From the IMG/VR virus record IMGVR_UViG_3300020728_000001: a DNA stretch of 35,340 bases. One strand, given 5' to 3'. Both the position numbers and the translations under genes were made by a program. Source of the stretch: a virus. Below are positions 5,910 through 13,302 of the stretch, piece after piece. The notes below the pieces were generated by a model that saw only the letters and a program-made list of their open reading frames with translations, was not told where the DNA came from and made no database searches. How positions within the stretch are numbered: the first letter of the stretch is position 1; the number at the start of each line of letters is the position of its first letter.

Positions 5910-6720
5910 CATTCAGACGATGGCAGAAGTCGCTGCTGGATCTAAGATGTTTGGGTTTAAAAACCCACAAGAGGCAATGGCAATCATGTTGCTGTGCCAG
6001 GCTGAAGACTTACACCCTGCTATTGCTATGCGTGACTATCACGTCATCCAAGGCCGTCCAGCTCTAAAGGCTGACGCAATGCTAGCAAGGTTTCAGGCAG
6101 CTGGTGGAAGTGTTAACTGGAAGGACTATACAGATGAGCAGGTCACGGGAGTATTTAGTCATCCAGCGGGCGGCAGCCTTGAGGTCACCTGGACACTTGC
6201 AAAGGCCAAACTCATTGGTATTGCGGGCAAGGACAACTGGCGCAATTATCCCAGGGCAATGTTGCGTGCTAGGTGCGTCTCTGAGGGTATCAGATCGGTC
6301 TATCCAGGCTGCGTTGTCGGTGTCTACACGCCTGAAGAAGTACAGGATTTCCAGCCTCCCAGACAAGAACAAGCTGCTGTACCACCGTCTCCAGTTGAGA
6401 TCATTAAAGAAGTGGTTAAACAACAATTAGACGCAGAATGGCCTCTATTCGTTCCAAATTTAGAAGAGGCACACAGTGCCCACCACACGCCAGAAGAGTG
6501 GATAGAGGCTTATGCGGGGCTTGTAGAGCGTATTAACGGCAGTGCAAAGCTGAAAGTACAAGAGAAGACAGACAAGATCATGTCTTTGTACGTTTGCAAC
6601 CAGATGGTTGTAGACAAGTTCAGCGCACACCAACGCATTTTGCTCAGAAGTGCTATTGCCCAAGCTGGTGTAGACCCAGCAACTCACATTCCCACAGACG
6701 CAGAAACCATAGATTTATAA
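5881..6720 (+). CDS. Single-strand annealing protein, RecT/Red-beta superfamily-like
   Basis: Track ORF 5866..6720 trimmed to ATG 5881 (GAAGG upstream). NYPRAMLRARCVSEGIRSVYPG...YTPEE resembles the HPKRMLRHKA...GIYDKDE region of lambda Bet. Paired with the exonuclease gene. Confidence 0.6.
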   Translation: MSNQLIPLNDIQTMAEVAAGSKMFGFKNPQEAMAIMLLCQAEDLHPAIAMRDYHVIQGRPALKADAMLARFQAAGGSVNWKDYTDEQVTGVFSHPAGGSLEVTWTLAKAKLIGIAGKDNWRNYPRAMLRARCVSEGIRSVYPGCVVGVYTPEEVQDFQPPRQEQAAVPPSPVEIIKEVVKQQLDAEWPLFVPNLEEAHSAHHTPEEWIEAYAGLVERINGSAKLKVQEKTDKIMSLYVCNQMVVDKFSAHQRILLRSAIAQAGVDPATHIPTDAETIDL

Positions 6721-6730
6721 GGAGAAAACC

Positions 6731-7072
6731 ATGCCATATGAAAAGAAACCAGCCGTAGGTGGCTATCCAGAAACCCCAGGTAAGGGTGTCATGTACTGGA
6801 ATGAGGTAGCAGACCGAAAACATGAGATGTCACCAGACTATTCTGGTTACGTTCTCCTAGAAATGGACTACAAACGGGGTGAAAAACTGTATCTTGGTGC
6901 CTGGAAAAAGGACACCTCTAGAGGCAACACCCTACTCAGCATTAAAGAAGACAACTGGCTAAAGAAGAAACGTCTGCAAGAACAGGGTATCAAGATGCAA
7001 GACCGTGAGGTGACTCCTGGTTACGCTAAGGTTCACAAACCCCGTGATGAAGACGATTCAATCCCCTTCTGA
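6731..7072 (+). CDS. SSB-like protein with an acidic C-terminal tip EDDSIPF
   Basis: 113 aa. The last residues D-E-D-D-S-I-P-F mimic the bacterial SSB tip (DDDIPF). Sits between the annealase and nuclease genes. Confidence 0.55.
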   Translation: MPYEKKPAVGGYPETPGKGVMYWNEVADRKHEMSPDYSGYVLLEMDYKRGEKLYLGAWKKDTSRGNTLLSIKEDNWLKKKRLQEQGIKMQDREVTPGYAKVHKPRDEDDSIPF

Positions 7073-7398
7073 TGGTTACTAAGAAGATCAGCCCCACCCA
7101 GCGGTCTCTAGCCTACCTCAGAGAGGAAGGTTATCTAGTGTCTATAGTCGAGCATTGGAATCCATTTGCACGCATTAGACAGGACCTGTGGGGGTGGTGC
7201 GATCTTCTGGCGATCAAAGACAATGAGGTGCTGGCGGTGCAAGTGACTGCCAGCGCAGTGTCTACAAGAATCAAGAAGATACAAGAAAGTGAGACTGTCT
7301 CATGGGTCAGGAAAGCCAACATCAAGATACACGTCCACGGCTGGAGGAAGTCTTTGAAGACGGGCAAATATGTTCTGAGAATAGAAGACATCTCGTGA
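7072..7398 (+). CDS. Small PD-(D/E)XK-like nuclease, possible junction resolvase
   Basis: 108 aa. LREEGYLV...RQDLWGWCDLLAIKDNEVLAVQVT resembles the D...(E/Q)-x-K core of Hjc-like resolvases, but the expected Lys is Thr. ATGA overlap with the SSB-like gene. Confidence 0.4.
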   Translation: MVTKKISPTQRSLAYLREEGYLVSIVEHWNPFARIRQDLWGWCDLLAIKDNEVLAVQVTASAVSTRIKKIQESETVSWVRKANIKIHVHGWRKSLKTGKYVLRIEDIS

Positions 7399-7471
7399 GA
7401 TTTATTAACATGAGTCTACAAGAGCTGTGGACACTAGCTTACTCAGAAGGGTTCAAAGACGGTCAAAAAGA

Positions 7472-7547
7472 GGGACGTTAGCTCAGCTGGTAGAGCAGCG
7501 GACTTTTAATCCGTTTGTCGTGGGTTCGATCCCCGCACGTCCCACCA
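7472..7547 (+). tRNA. tRNA-Lys (anticodon UUU) with encoded CCA
   Basis: Hand-folded cloverleaf. Acceptor GGGACGT/ACGTCCC; D arm GCTC-AGCTGGTA-GAGC; anticodon arm GCGGA-CTTTTAA-TCCGT; variable loop TTGTC; T arm GTGGG-TTCGATC-CCCGC; discriminator A, then CCA. Confidence 0.9.
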
Positions 7548-7601
7548 AACATAGCAGTGGATGCGAACTCTGGGGCAATCCCAGGAGTTAGGACAGGAGC
7601 T

Positions 7602-7634
7602 GGCATACCCCTGTAATCCACAGTATGCCTTTTC
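7602..7634 (+). terminator. Intrinsic terminator downstream of the tRNA
   Basis: GGCATAC (7602..7608) pairs with GTATGCC (7623..7629), 14-nt loop, then TTTTCT. Confidence 0.55.
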
Positions 7635-7655
7635 TAACTAAACAAGGAACAAATC

Positions 7656-8456
7656 ATGGCAACTCGCAAGAAAAAAGAAGTCGTAGAAGTAAAACCTGAG
7701 AAGAAAGAGAAGAAGACAAACGTGTTTGTGGCTACCCCTATGTACGGGGGAATGTGTACAGGCTACTTCACCCAATCCCTGATTACTCTGGGTCACACAC
7801 TGCAATCTAACGGCATTAGCATGGGGTTCTCTGCCATGTTCAACGAAAGCCTCATACAGCGGGGTAGGAACGCTTTAGCGCACACGTTTATGACGAACAA
7901 GCAGTACACCCATCTGATGTTTATAGACGCTGACATCAAGTTCAACGGGGCTGACCTGGTGAAGATGATCCAGGCAGACAAAGACATCATCTGCGGTATC
8001 TACCCCAAGAAAGAAATCAACTGGGGAGGCGTTGCACAAGCAGCTGCTGAAGGTATACCTGTTGACCAGTGGAAGAATAGAACAGGTAGCCTAGTGATCA
8101 ACTTAAAAGACTATCAAGGATCAGTTACTGTGCCTGTGGACAAGCCTGTGGAAATCTTTAATGGTGGCACAGGGTTCATGTTGATCAAGAGAAGGACTTT
8201 TGAACGCATGAAGAAGGTGGTCAACAAGTACAAGAATGACGTGGGTTTTATAGGCCAAGGCGTAGAACAACAAGAGTGGATCACAGAATACTTTGCCTGT
8301 GCTATTGAACCAGGCACAGAGAGACTGCTGTCTGAGGACTATTTCTTCTGCTGGAAGGCTAGAGAGGCAGGACTAAAGGTTTGGGCAGCACCCTGGGCGC
8401 AATTAGGGCACTTTGGGACGTATTTGTTTGAAGGTGGACTCTTACCAGCTCCTTAA
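7656..8456 (+). CDS. GT-A-fold glycosyltransferase-like protein with a Lys/Glu-rich N-terminal extension
   Basis: 266 aa. VFVATPMYGG...RGRNALAH...THLMFIDADIKF (DxD)...DIICGIYPKK matches the pattern of a phage/bacterial glycosyltransferase family as I remember it. Confidence 0.55.
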   Translation: MATRKKKEVVEVKPEKKEKKTNVFVATPMYGGMCTGYFTQSLITLGHTLQSNGISMGFSAMFNESLIQRGRNALAHTFMTNKQYTHLMFIDADIKFNGADLVKMIQADKDIICGIYPKKEINWGGVAQAAAEGIPVDQWKNRTGSLVINLKDYQGSVTVPVDKPVEIFNGGTGFMLIKRRTFERMKKVVNKYKNDVGFIGQGVEQQEWITEYFACAIEPGTERLLSEDYFFCWKAREAGLKVWAAPWAQLGHFGTYLFEGGLLPAP

Positions 8457-8683
8457 CGACAACCCCATCTTTTACGGGCAGCACGCCCTCTTTCTCCAGT
8501 CCAACCAGAACTACGAGCACAAAATGATTTATGCCTTGGTCCTGACTTTTGGGGTGCTTTTAGCTTGCTCCCTGTTGCTTTGTTGTATTTTGCTCGTCCT
8601 TTGGCTGTCAAGCCTCCCCCTTTGGATACTGGGAGTTTCTCTCCTCGGCCTACTGATAGGTTTGGACCTGACTTTCTAGGCAT
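8453..8683 (-). CDS. Small highly basic protein (KGGGLTAKGRAKYNKATGSKLKAP motif), last gene of the minus arm
   Basis: Track ORF 8453..8707 trimmed to ATG 8683, which overlaps the endolysin stop by 8 nt. I weakly recall a conserved GGLT-KGR-KYN motif family. The mirror plus-strand ORF 8413..8679 is judged a shadow. Confidence 0.5.
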   Translation of the reverse strand: MPRKSGPNLSVGRGEKLPVSKGGGLTAKGRAKYNKATGSKLKAPQKSGPRHKSFCARSSGWTGERGRAARKRWGCR

Positions 8684-9107
8684 ATAAACGTGTGCCATTG
8701 CGGTCAATTATGAGCCGTTGTAGTCTAGGTTTGTCATTAGGACTATTAGGCACAGATATATGAGTCCAACGATCAAACTCACGAATAACTTGGTCATACT
8801 GTAGGTCACTCCCAATAATAGCTTTGACTACCTCGTCTGGGGTCATGCCAGGCACTCTTAGGTCAGCAGCGCAACCCAGCCTATGCTGAGAGGTGTTTTT
8901 TGATCCACAAGCATTGTTCACGGCCTCTGACCGAAATGCGCTGTTAACCATGATCGGCTTGCCACCCAGCACTGTTTTAACTTGCTCCAGAAACTCAGCC
9001 AAGCGCATGAGATTAGCTTTTTCGTATTCGCTAGGTTCATTTGTAAACTCCCTGTGGTCTGTGACCGTAAGTTCTTCCAGCGTGAAGTGTTCGGTAAGTA
9101 GTGTCAT
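8676..9107 (-). CDS. Endolysin, peptidase M15-type (zinc D-Ala-D-Ala carboxypeptidase-like)
   Basis: 143 aa. SQHRLGCAADL (S-x-H-x3-G-x-A-x-D) and the downstream W-T-H are the M15 metal ligand motifs. ATGA overlap with the holin-like gene. Confidence 0.8.
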   Translation of the reverse strand: MTLLTEHFTLEELTVTDHREFTNEPSEYEKANLMRLAEFLEQVKTVLGGKPIMVNSAFRSEAVNNACGSKNTSQHRLGCAADLRVPGMTPDEVVKAIIGSDLQYDQVIREFDRWTHISVPNSPNDKPRLQRLIIDRNGTRLYA

Positions 9108-9598
9108 TTTGTGGGGGTACTCTGGTGAAGAAGTGCATCTTTGTTCTGGCTAGACGCAGAACTCCCAAAATAGAAACTAATCACTCCCGTCCAGGCAGTC
9201 CCCAGAGAACCCAATAGGAGCATCAAGGCATCACTAGAAGTCACTTTGCCTGTCATCATACCCACTAGGATACCAAAGAACCCCAGAGTGATGATTAGAG
9301 CCAGCAGGGGAGGAATAAAAGACTTGGTGGTAGTCTGCATATCCCTAGCAGACTTTCTGTCTTGTACAGCCAGTTGCTCAAAGTCTAGGTTCATCTCTTG
9401 AGCCTTGGCCTTTAACTGGATCTCTGCAGCCTGAATGCTGGCTATCTGGTCTGCGGTGAGTTTGCCTGAGTTGATGGTGTCTTGTACGGCACTAGGGTCA
9501 ACCCCTATAGCCTTGGATACGGCCTCCACAGCAAGGCCAGCGAGTGGACCGCCTAAGCAACTGGCAATGGTAGGGGCTATGCTTTCAATCCAACTCAT
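9104..9598 (-). CDS. Holin-like membrane protein (resembles the GTA-type 3TM holin family)
   Basis: 164 aa. Amphipathic N-terminus (GGPLAGLAVEAV), D-x-K-SARD, then two C-terminal hydrophobic helices. Lies immediately upstream of the endolysin. Confidence 0.5.
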   Translation of the reverse strand: MSWIESIAPTIASCLGGPLAGLAVEAVSKAIGVDPSAVQDTINSGKLTADQIASIQAAEIQLKAKAQEMNLDFEQLAVQDRKSARDMQTTTKSFIPPLLALIITLGFFGILVGMMTGKVTSSDALMLLLGSLGTAWTGVISFYFGSSASSQNKDALLHQSTPTK

Positions 9599-10148
9599 TT
9601 AATACTCCCATCTTTACTCTTTTGATAGTCAACATGAATAGCATACATGAGGGCAGAGAAGACGATCAAGAGAGATAAACAGCCAGCCAATAACGCTCCA
9701 CGAACTTGCCATTTGTCGATAAACTGCCGTCTCTTTCTGGCAGCCTCCTCAAGGGCTTTTTTTGTTCACGCTCGATCTTTTCTCGCTCTTTTCGTACAAC
9801 TTCCCGCATCTCTACAAACTTACTCCAGAGACCAGGCATACCTATTTGATAGATGATCATCTCTCTAAGATCGGTCTCCATCTGCTCCAGCTGTTGCTGG
9901 CGTAGGATGCGGTTCATGGCCTCCTCGTTGATAGACATACCTTTGCTTAGAGGCTTATTCTTTGCCTCCTTCTCGGCCTCTTTAAACGATTCCTGGTGGG
10001 TAAAGAACGCACCTAAGTTCTTACCAATGTCACCCACAATGTCGGACACGTCTTTACCATCCTTTTTAAAGTCCTGGTAAAGATCAATACACTCTCGAAT
10101 ACCCGCATGAGCAGCCTTGCACGCTGCGAATATTGTCAGCGGGTCCAC
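9595..10148 (-). CDS. Coiled-coil protein. The 0-frame product stops at 9666 (160 aa); a -1 shift at 9762..9756 gives 184 aa with a C-terminal TM helix
   Basis: GTG start at 10148 abuts the upstream stop. Hand translation of the -1 frame after CAA_AAA_AAG gives ALEEAARKRRQFIDKWQVRGALLAGCLSLLIVFSALMYAIHVDYQKSKDGSIK. Its TGA (9597..9595) overlaps the holin ATG (9598..9596). Confidence 0.55.
9756..9762 (-). other. In-frame slippery heptamer A_AAA_AAG (dnaX-type -1 frameshift motif) or homopolymer indel site
   Basis: Codons CAA(9764..9762) AAA(9761..9759) AAG(9758..9756) are in the frame of ORF 9666..10148. A 5-6-bp hairpin CTGCC/GGCAG (9743..9739 with 9728..9724) lies 11-12 nt downstream. Confidence 0.45.
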
Positions 10149-10511
10149 TTATAACCCCTCTCCTGGCGTGATGTAGGCTTCAACAGCACCCGATGCACCA
10201 GTGTCAGTAATGTAAGCTACATACACGGGTTGTGTAGGACTGCACTGCACAGCAGTAATTGTCCTGTTCATGCCAGGCACAATCACAATACAGTTGCTAG
10301 GTGACCCGTTGGCTGGGGCAGAGACGGTCACGTTTGCAGCCGTGCTGATGTTGACGTAGACGGGATAACCACCAGTACCTGTTGGCTGGTGACTAGACAA
10401 CAAATACTGGTTGGTAGGCGAAACCGTGGTGATCTGGATGGTTTGTGACGAGGACGTAGCGTTAGCCTTGTACGTCATTCCAGAGGCTTGGAACGCAATA
10501 TTGTTAGCCAT
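10149..10511 (-). CDS. Small S/T/N-rich beta-type virion-associated protein, paralogue of 19873..20208
   Basis: 120 aa. Shares N-C-I-x3-P-G and the C-terminal YITPGEG with the 111-aa protein, which ends YITPGDG. Confidence 0.55.
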   Translation of the reverse strand: MANNIAFQASGMTYKANATSSSQTIQITTVSPTNQYLLSSHQPTGTGGYPVYVNISTAANVTVSAPANGSPSNCIVIVPGMNRTITAVQCSPTQPVYVAYITDTGASGAVEAYITPGEGL

Positions 10512-10792
10512 TAGTAAACCTTTCCACCACCACCAGAGGTAGGTGACTTCTTGGTGTTGTAACTAGGCGTGCCAGAGAAGTCAATCACTGACCTAAACCC
10601 GCCCATAGGCAATGTGCCAGGTGTCCATCTTTCCATGCCAACAGACCCGTCACGGGGTAACTGGGGACGCACAGACTTGGCAATCTGTTGGTTTACCTCA
10701 TGGGGTCTCTGGTGCTTAGAGTTAGCCATGTTGCTGTTTTCATAATCAGCCTTGGGACTCATAGGGTTCTTGTTGCGGTTGCTGCTTGGCAT
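10511..10792 (-). CDS. Hypothetical low-complexity basic protein
   Basis: 93 aa. Perfect SD AAGGAGGT 5 nt upstream of ATG 10792. Confidence 0.6.
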   Translation of the reverse strand: MPSSNRNKNPMSPKADYENSNMANSKHQRPHEVNQQIAKSVRPQLPRDGSVGMERWTPGTLPMGGFRSVIDFSGTPSYNTKKSPTSGGGGKVY

Positions 10793-10982
10793 GACTAACC
10801 TCCTTGTTCTTTACAACTAAATAACTGAATAACACAAATATAGCAAGTGTTGCTACCCTTGTCCAATCACCCGCCCACAACGTGTAGGACGTTAATCCAC
10901 ACGCCATTAGCAGTGCCAGAATCGTGATTAAACGATCTGAAATAACCTTTAACGCTAACGTGATCAATGAGACTTTATCCAT
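10746..10982 (-). CDS. Small membrane protein (two predicted TM helices)
   Basis: 78 aa with hydrophobic stretches LITILALLMACGLTSYTLW and VATLAIFVLFSYLVV. Its 3' end overlaps the next gene by 47 nt. Confidence 0.5.
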   Translation of the reverse strand: MDKVSLITLALKVISDRLITILALLMACGLTSYTLWAGDWTRVATLAIFVLFSYLVVKNKEVSHAKQQPQQEPYESQG

Positions 10983-11004
10983 AGAACCCCCTTAAAAAGC
11001 TCTA

Positions 11005-11220
11005 TTATGCCTCGTTTTCCTCGTCTTCTAATCCCATAAACCCACTACCCCACTCGTCATCTTGCATCTTCATCTTGATCGCCTCTAACTTCAGGGCACG
11101 GTCTATAACCTTGGTCTTGTCGGTAATGGTTGCAGTAGGGTCTACCATGACCGCTTTTAGCATCTCAGAGATGGCGTTTTCTAGAGCTGGGTTAATCCCC
11201 TTGTCTTTCTTCTTGGTCAT
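11005..11220 (-). CDS. Hypothetical protein with an acidic C-terminus
   Basis: 71-aa ORF in the operon context. Confidence 0.5.
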   Translation of the reverse strand: MTKKKDKGINPALENAISEMLKAVMVDPTATITDKTKVIDRALKLEAIKMKMQDDEWGSGFMGLEDEENEA

Positions 11221-11238
11221 AACTTAAACCCTAGTTTT

Positions 11239-11397
11239 TCAGCCTCTTTTGCCTTTTCTCTTACCAGACTTTTTTGATTTGCGAGCCGATGACAAAGCGA
11301 TAGCAATAATTTGCTTGCGTGGACGGCCTCCTTCTTTTGTGAGTTTGCTAATGTTCTTGGATATTGTTTCACGGCTATTACCTTTTTTGAGTGGCAT
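11239..11397 (-). CDS. Small basic protein not in the ORF track ([52 protein letters not shown])
   Basis: Hand translation gives 52 aa. GGAG SD 6 nt upstream of ATG 11397. Fills the gap between 11407 and 11220. Resembles a widespread small K-rich phage/bacterial protein pattern (KKG.S..TIS.NI..L...G.P.KQ..AIALS.A). Confidence 0.55.
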   Translation of the reverse strand: MPLKKGNSRETISKNISKLTKEGGRPRKQIIAIALSSARKSKKSGKRKGKRG

Positions 11398-11406
11398 GAT
11401 GATCTC

Positions 11407-13302
11407 CTATTTACCGCCTAAAATTCTGACTGCTTCCCACGCACCGTATCCCAGACTGGAATACTTGGCTGCTAAAACAGCCATACGTTGTGCCCGTTGT
11501 TTGCCTTCAAACTTTGCCTCAACATCTGCAATTTGACGCTCAAGATCAGCAATTTGAGCTGGTGACGCAAGGTCCTCTTTCTTGAGTTTCTGTGCAAACT
11601 GCCTGGCTAGACTGCCAACTTTACTTGGATCAGCGTATTCCATTGCAAAGGCTTGTGACTCTAGTTCTCTAACCTTGTTGATAGCATCACGCAAATTACC
11701 TTTGCCAGCAGTCTTGAGACGTTTTCTCATCTCTTCAGCAGACTTACCCTTGGTCTCTGCCTCTAGCAACTGCTTAACGTAATCCTCGGCACGTTGACGT
11801 AATCCTGGTACAGCATTCATCCAGTCTTTATTGTTCTTATCTGTCACCCAGTTCTCAGCCTCTTTTGCTGTTTTCTTGGCAGACAACTCGTTGATAACGT
11901 GCTGATTAGCATATTGAGCCACCTTGTTGGTGTCCCCGTCTAGTAGGTTGGTCAAGTCTTCAATGCCTTGTTTGCTCTGGAAGAATTTTTTAGGTGCGTT
12001 TACTGGGTCTGCAGCCAACTGATTTACGTCATATTTTTGTCTAGCAAGCACTGCTTTTGCACGTCTGCTCTCTTCTGGATACAGGCGTTCTGACATGGCC
12101 TTGTATGTCTGATCTGCTTTACGCAAACCATCATCCCAATTAGCAATAGATTCTTCTAGTGACTTAGCCACAGCCTTGGCACGGCCTTTTGTGATGGCCT
12201 CAAAACCTTGTGGCGGAAAACCTCTCTCAGCCTCTCTGAGTTTACGCAACTGCTCCACGACAACTTTAATGTCAGCTGGTGCATATATTGGATCACCAGG
12301 CACTTCAACAATACCTTTTGCTGGGTCATAGACTGATTTTGTCCCACGTCCAATAACTTTACCCCGCAACTCACCAATGATGTTTTTGATCTCGGACTCT
12401 TCTGCAGAACTAACATTGGTGGTGTCAGACGTTTTAATCTTGTTTTCTAGGGTTGTAAAGAAATTTTGGCCTGACGGTGACGTTTGCCAGAAATCTCCAT
12501 TTGCCTGTTTTGCCCGTGCTGAATCAAATGCAGCCGTATAAGTCTGGTCAGCCAGAGTCACACGTTGTTGACGATTAACATCACTCACACCCTTGATGTC
12601 ATTAACCAGGCTTGATCCTGTTGTAGACGGGTCTTGCGGTCTGCCTAGTTGTGCCTTTGCCTGTGCTGCCTGTTGTTCTGCTGTTTGCACTTCTTGTCCA
12701 GCACGCAGTCTTGCCTGGCGTTGTTTACTGACCAATTCTCTTCCAGACACTCTTTCTTGTGCTGCTAATTGTTCTGCTAATGTTTTTGCTGATGTTTGTA
12801 AACCACCCGCAGCCTCTCTGAATGGTGAACCCGTTAAGGCTTTTGCACCCTTTACTAATGCTTGTCCACCTTTTGCCAAACCAGCTGTTCCCAGTCCCAA
12901 ACCCATCTCTGTAAGTTGTTTTGCAGCCTCTGCCTTTTTCGGTGAAACACCTTTTCTTTCCAGAACTGTTTTAACCGCCTCACCACCCACGCCAGTCATA
13001 CCAGCAGCTGTAGTGGCTGTTGTTGCGCCAGTTAATGTTTTAGGAATAACCGCTTCTGCAAACCGTTCAAAATATGGTGCTAATTTTGTACCCGTAGAAC
13101 CAAATCTGGCAGCACCAGCAAGCAAACCCACTTCTGGAACCATCTGCGCTGTTTGCAAAAAGGACTCCATAAACTTAGGTTCACCAGCCAATTCACCTTT
13201 TAACGGTACAGTCTTTTCCCCGCCAGTAGGAATTTGTGCAACATCACTGGCGTATTCTCTTTTGGGTGCGGGAGTGTCATCAGGGGCGTATTCTCTGGTC
13301 AT
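11407..13302 (-). CDS. Large coiled-coil internal virion / ejection-type protein (putative)
   Basis: 631 aa, A/K/E/Q-rich. Lies in the block of large genes after the fibre genes, as in podovirus internal core genes. No enzymatic motif recognised. Confidence 0.4.
   Translation of the reverse strand: MTREYAPDDTPAPKREYASDVAQIPTGGEKTVPLKGELAGEPKFMESFLQTAQMVPEVGLLAGAARFGSTGTKLAPYFERFAEAVIPKTLTGATTATTAAGMTGVGGEAVKTVLERKGVSPKKAEAAKQLTEMGLGLGTAGLAKGGQALVKGAKALTGSPFREAAGGLQTSAKTLAEQLAAQERVSGRELVSKQRQARLRAGQEVQTAEQQAAQAKAQLGRPQDPSTTGSSLVNDIKGVSDVNRQQRVTLADQTYTAAFDSARAKQANGDFWQTSPSGQNFFTTLENKIKTSDTTNVSSAEESEIKNIIGELRGKVIGRGTKSVYDPAKGIVEVPGDPIYAPADIKVVVEQLRKLREAERGFPPQGFEAITKGRAKAVAKSLEESIANWDDGLRKADQTYKAMSERLYPEESRRAKAVLARQKYDVNQLAADPVNAPKKFFQSKQGIEDLTNLLDGDTNKVAQYANQHVINELSAKKTAKEAENWVTDKNNKDWMNAVPGLRQRAEDYVKQLLEAETKGKSAEEMRKRLKTAGKGNLRDAINKVRELESQAFAMEYADPSKVGSLARQFAQKLKKEDLASPAQIADLERQIADVEAKFEGKQRAQRMAVLAAKYSSLGYGAWEAVRILGGK

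Noticed and set aside
7472-7547. The tRNA as an attP/integration site of a temperate phage.
   Set aside because: I recognised no integrase, excisionase or repressor anywhere in the closed genome, so nothing supports an integration module.
8413-8679. Plus-strand 88-aa hydrophobic ORF (MIYALVLTFGVLLACSLLL...) downstream of the glycosyltransferase.
   Set aside because: It is the exact mirror of the Lys/Gly/Arg-rich minus ORF 8453..8683, has no SD, and its Leu-rich sequence is what the antisense of AAG/AGG-rich coding DNA yields. This is not completely excluded.
9595-10148. The pre-holin protein as a unimolecular spanin (Cys10 in IFAAC plus the C-terminal TM in the -1 frame).
   Set aside because: The N-terminus (MDPLTIFAAC) has no positively charged n-region and only about 6 hydrophobic residues, which is too short for a lipoprotein signal peptide.
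11269-11275. A second in-frame A_AAA_AAG heptamer (TCA AAA AAG) inside the 52-aa gene.
   Set aside because: The -1 frame stops after three codons (KKVW-stop) with no meaningful extension. It shows that such heptamers arise by chance in Lys-rich genes, which is a caveat for the 9756..9762 site.
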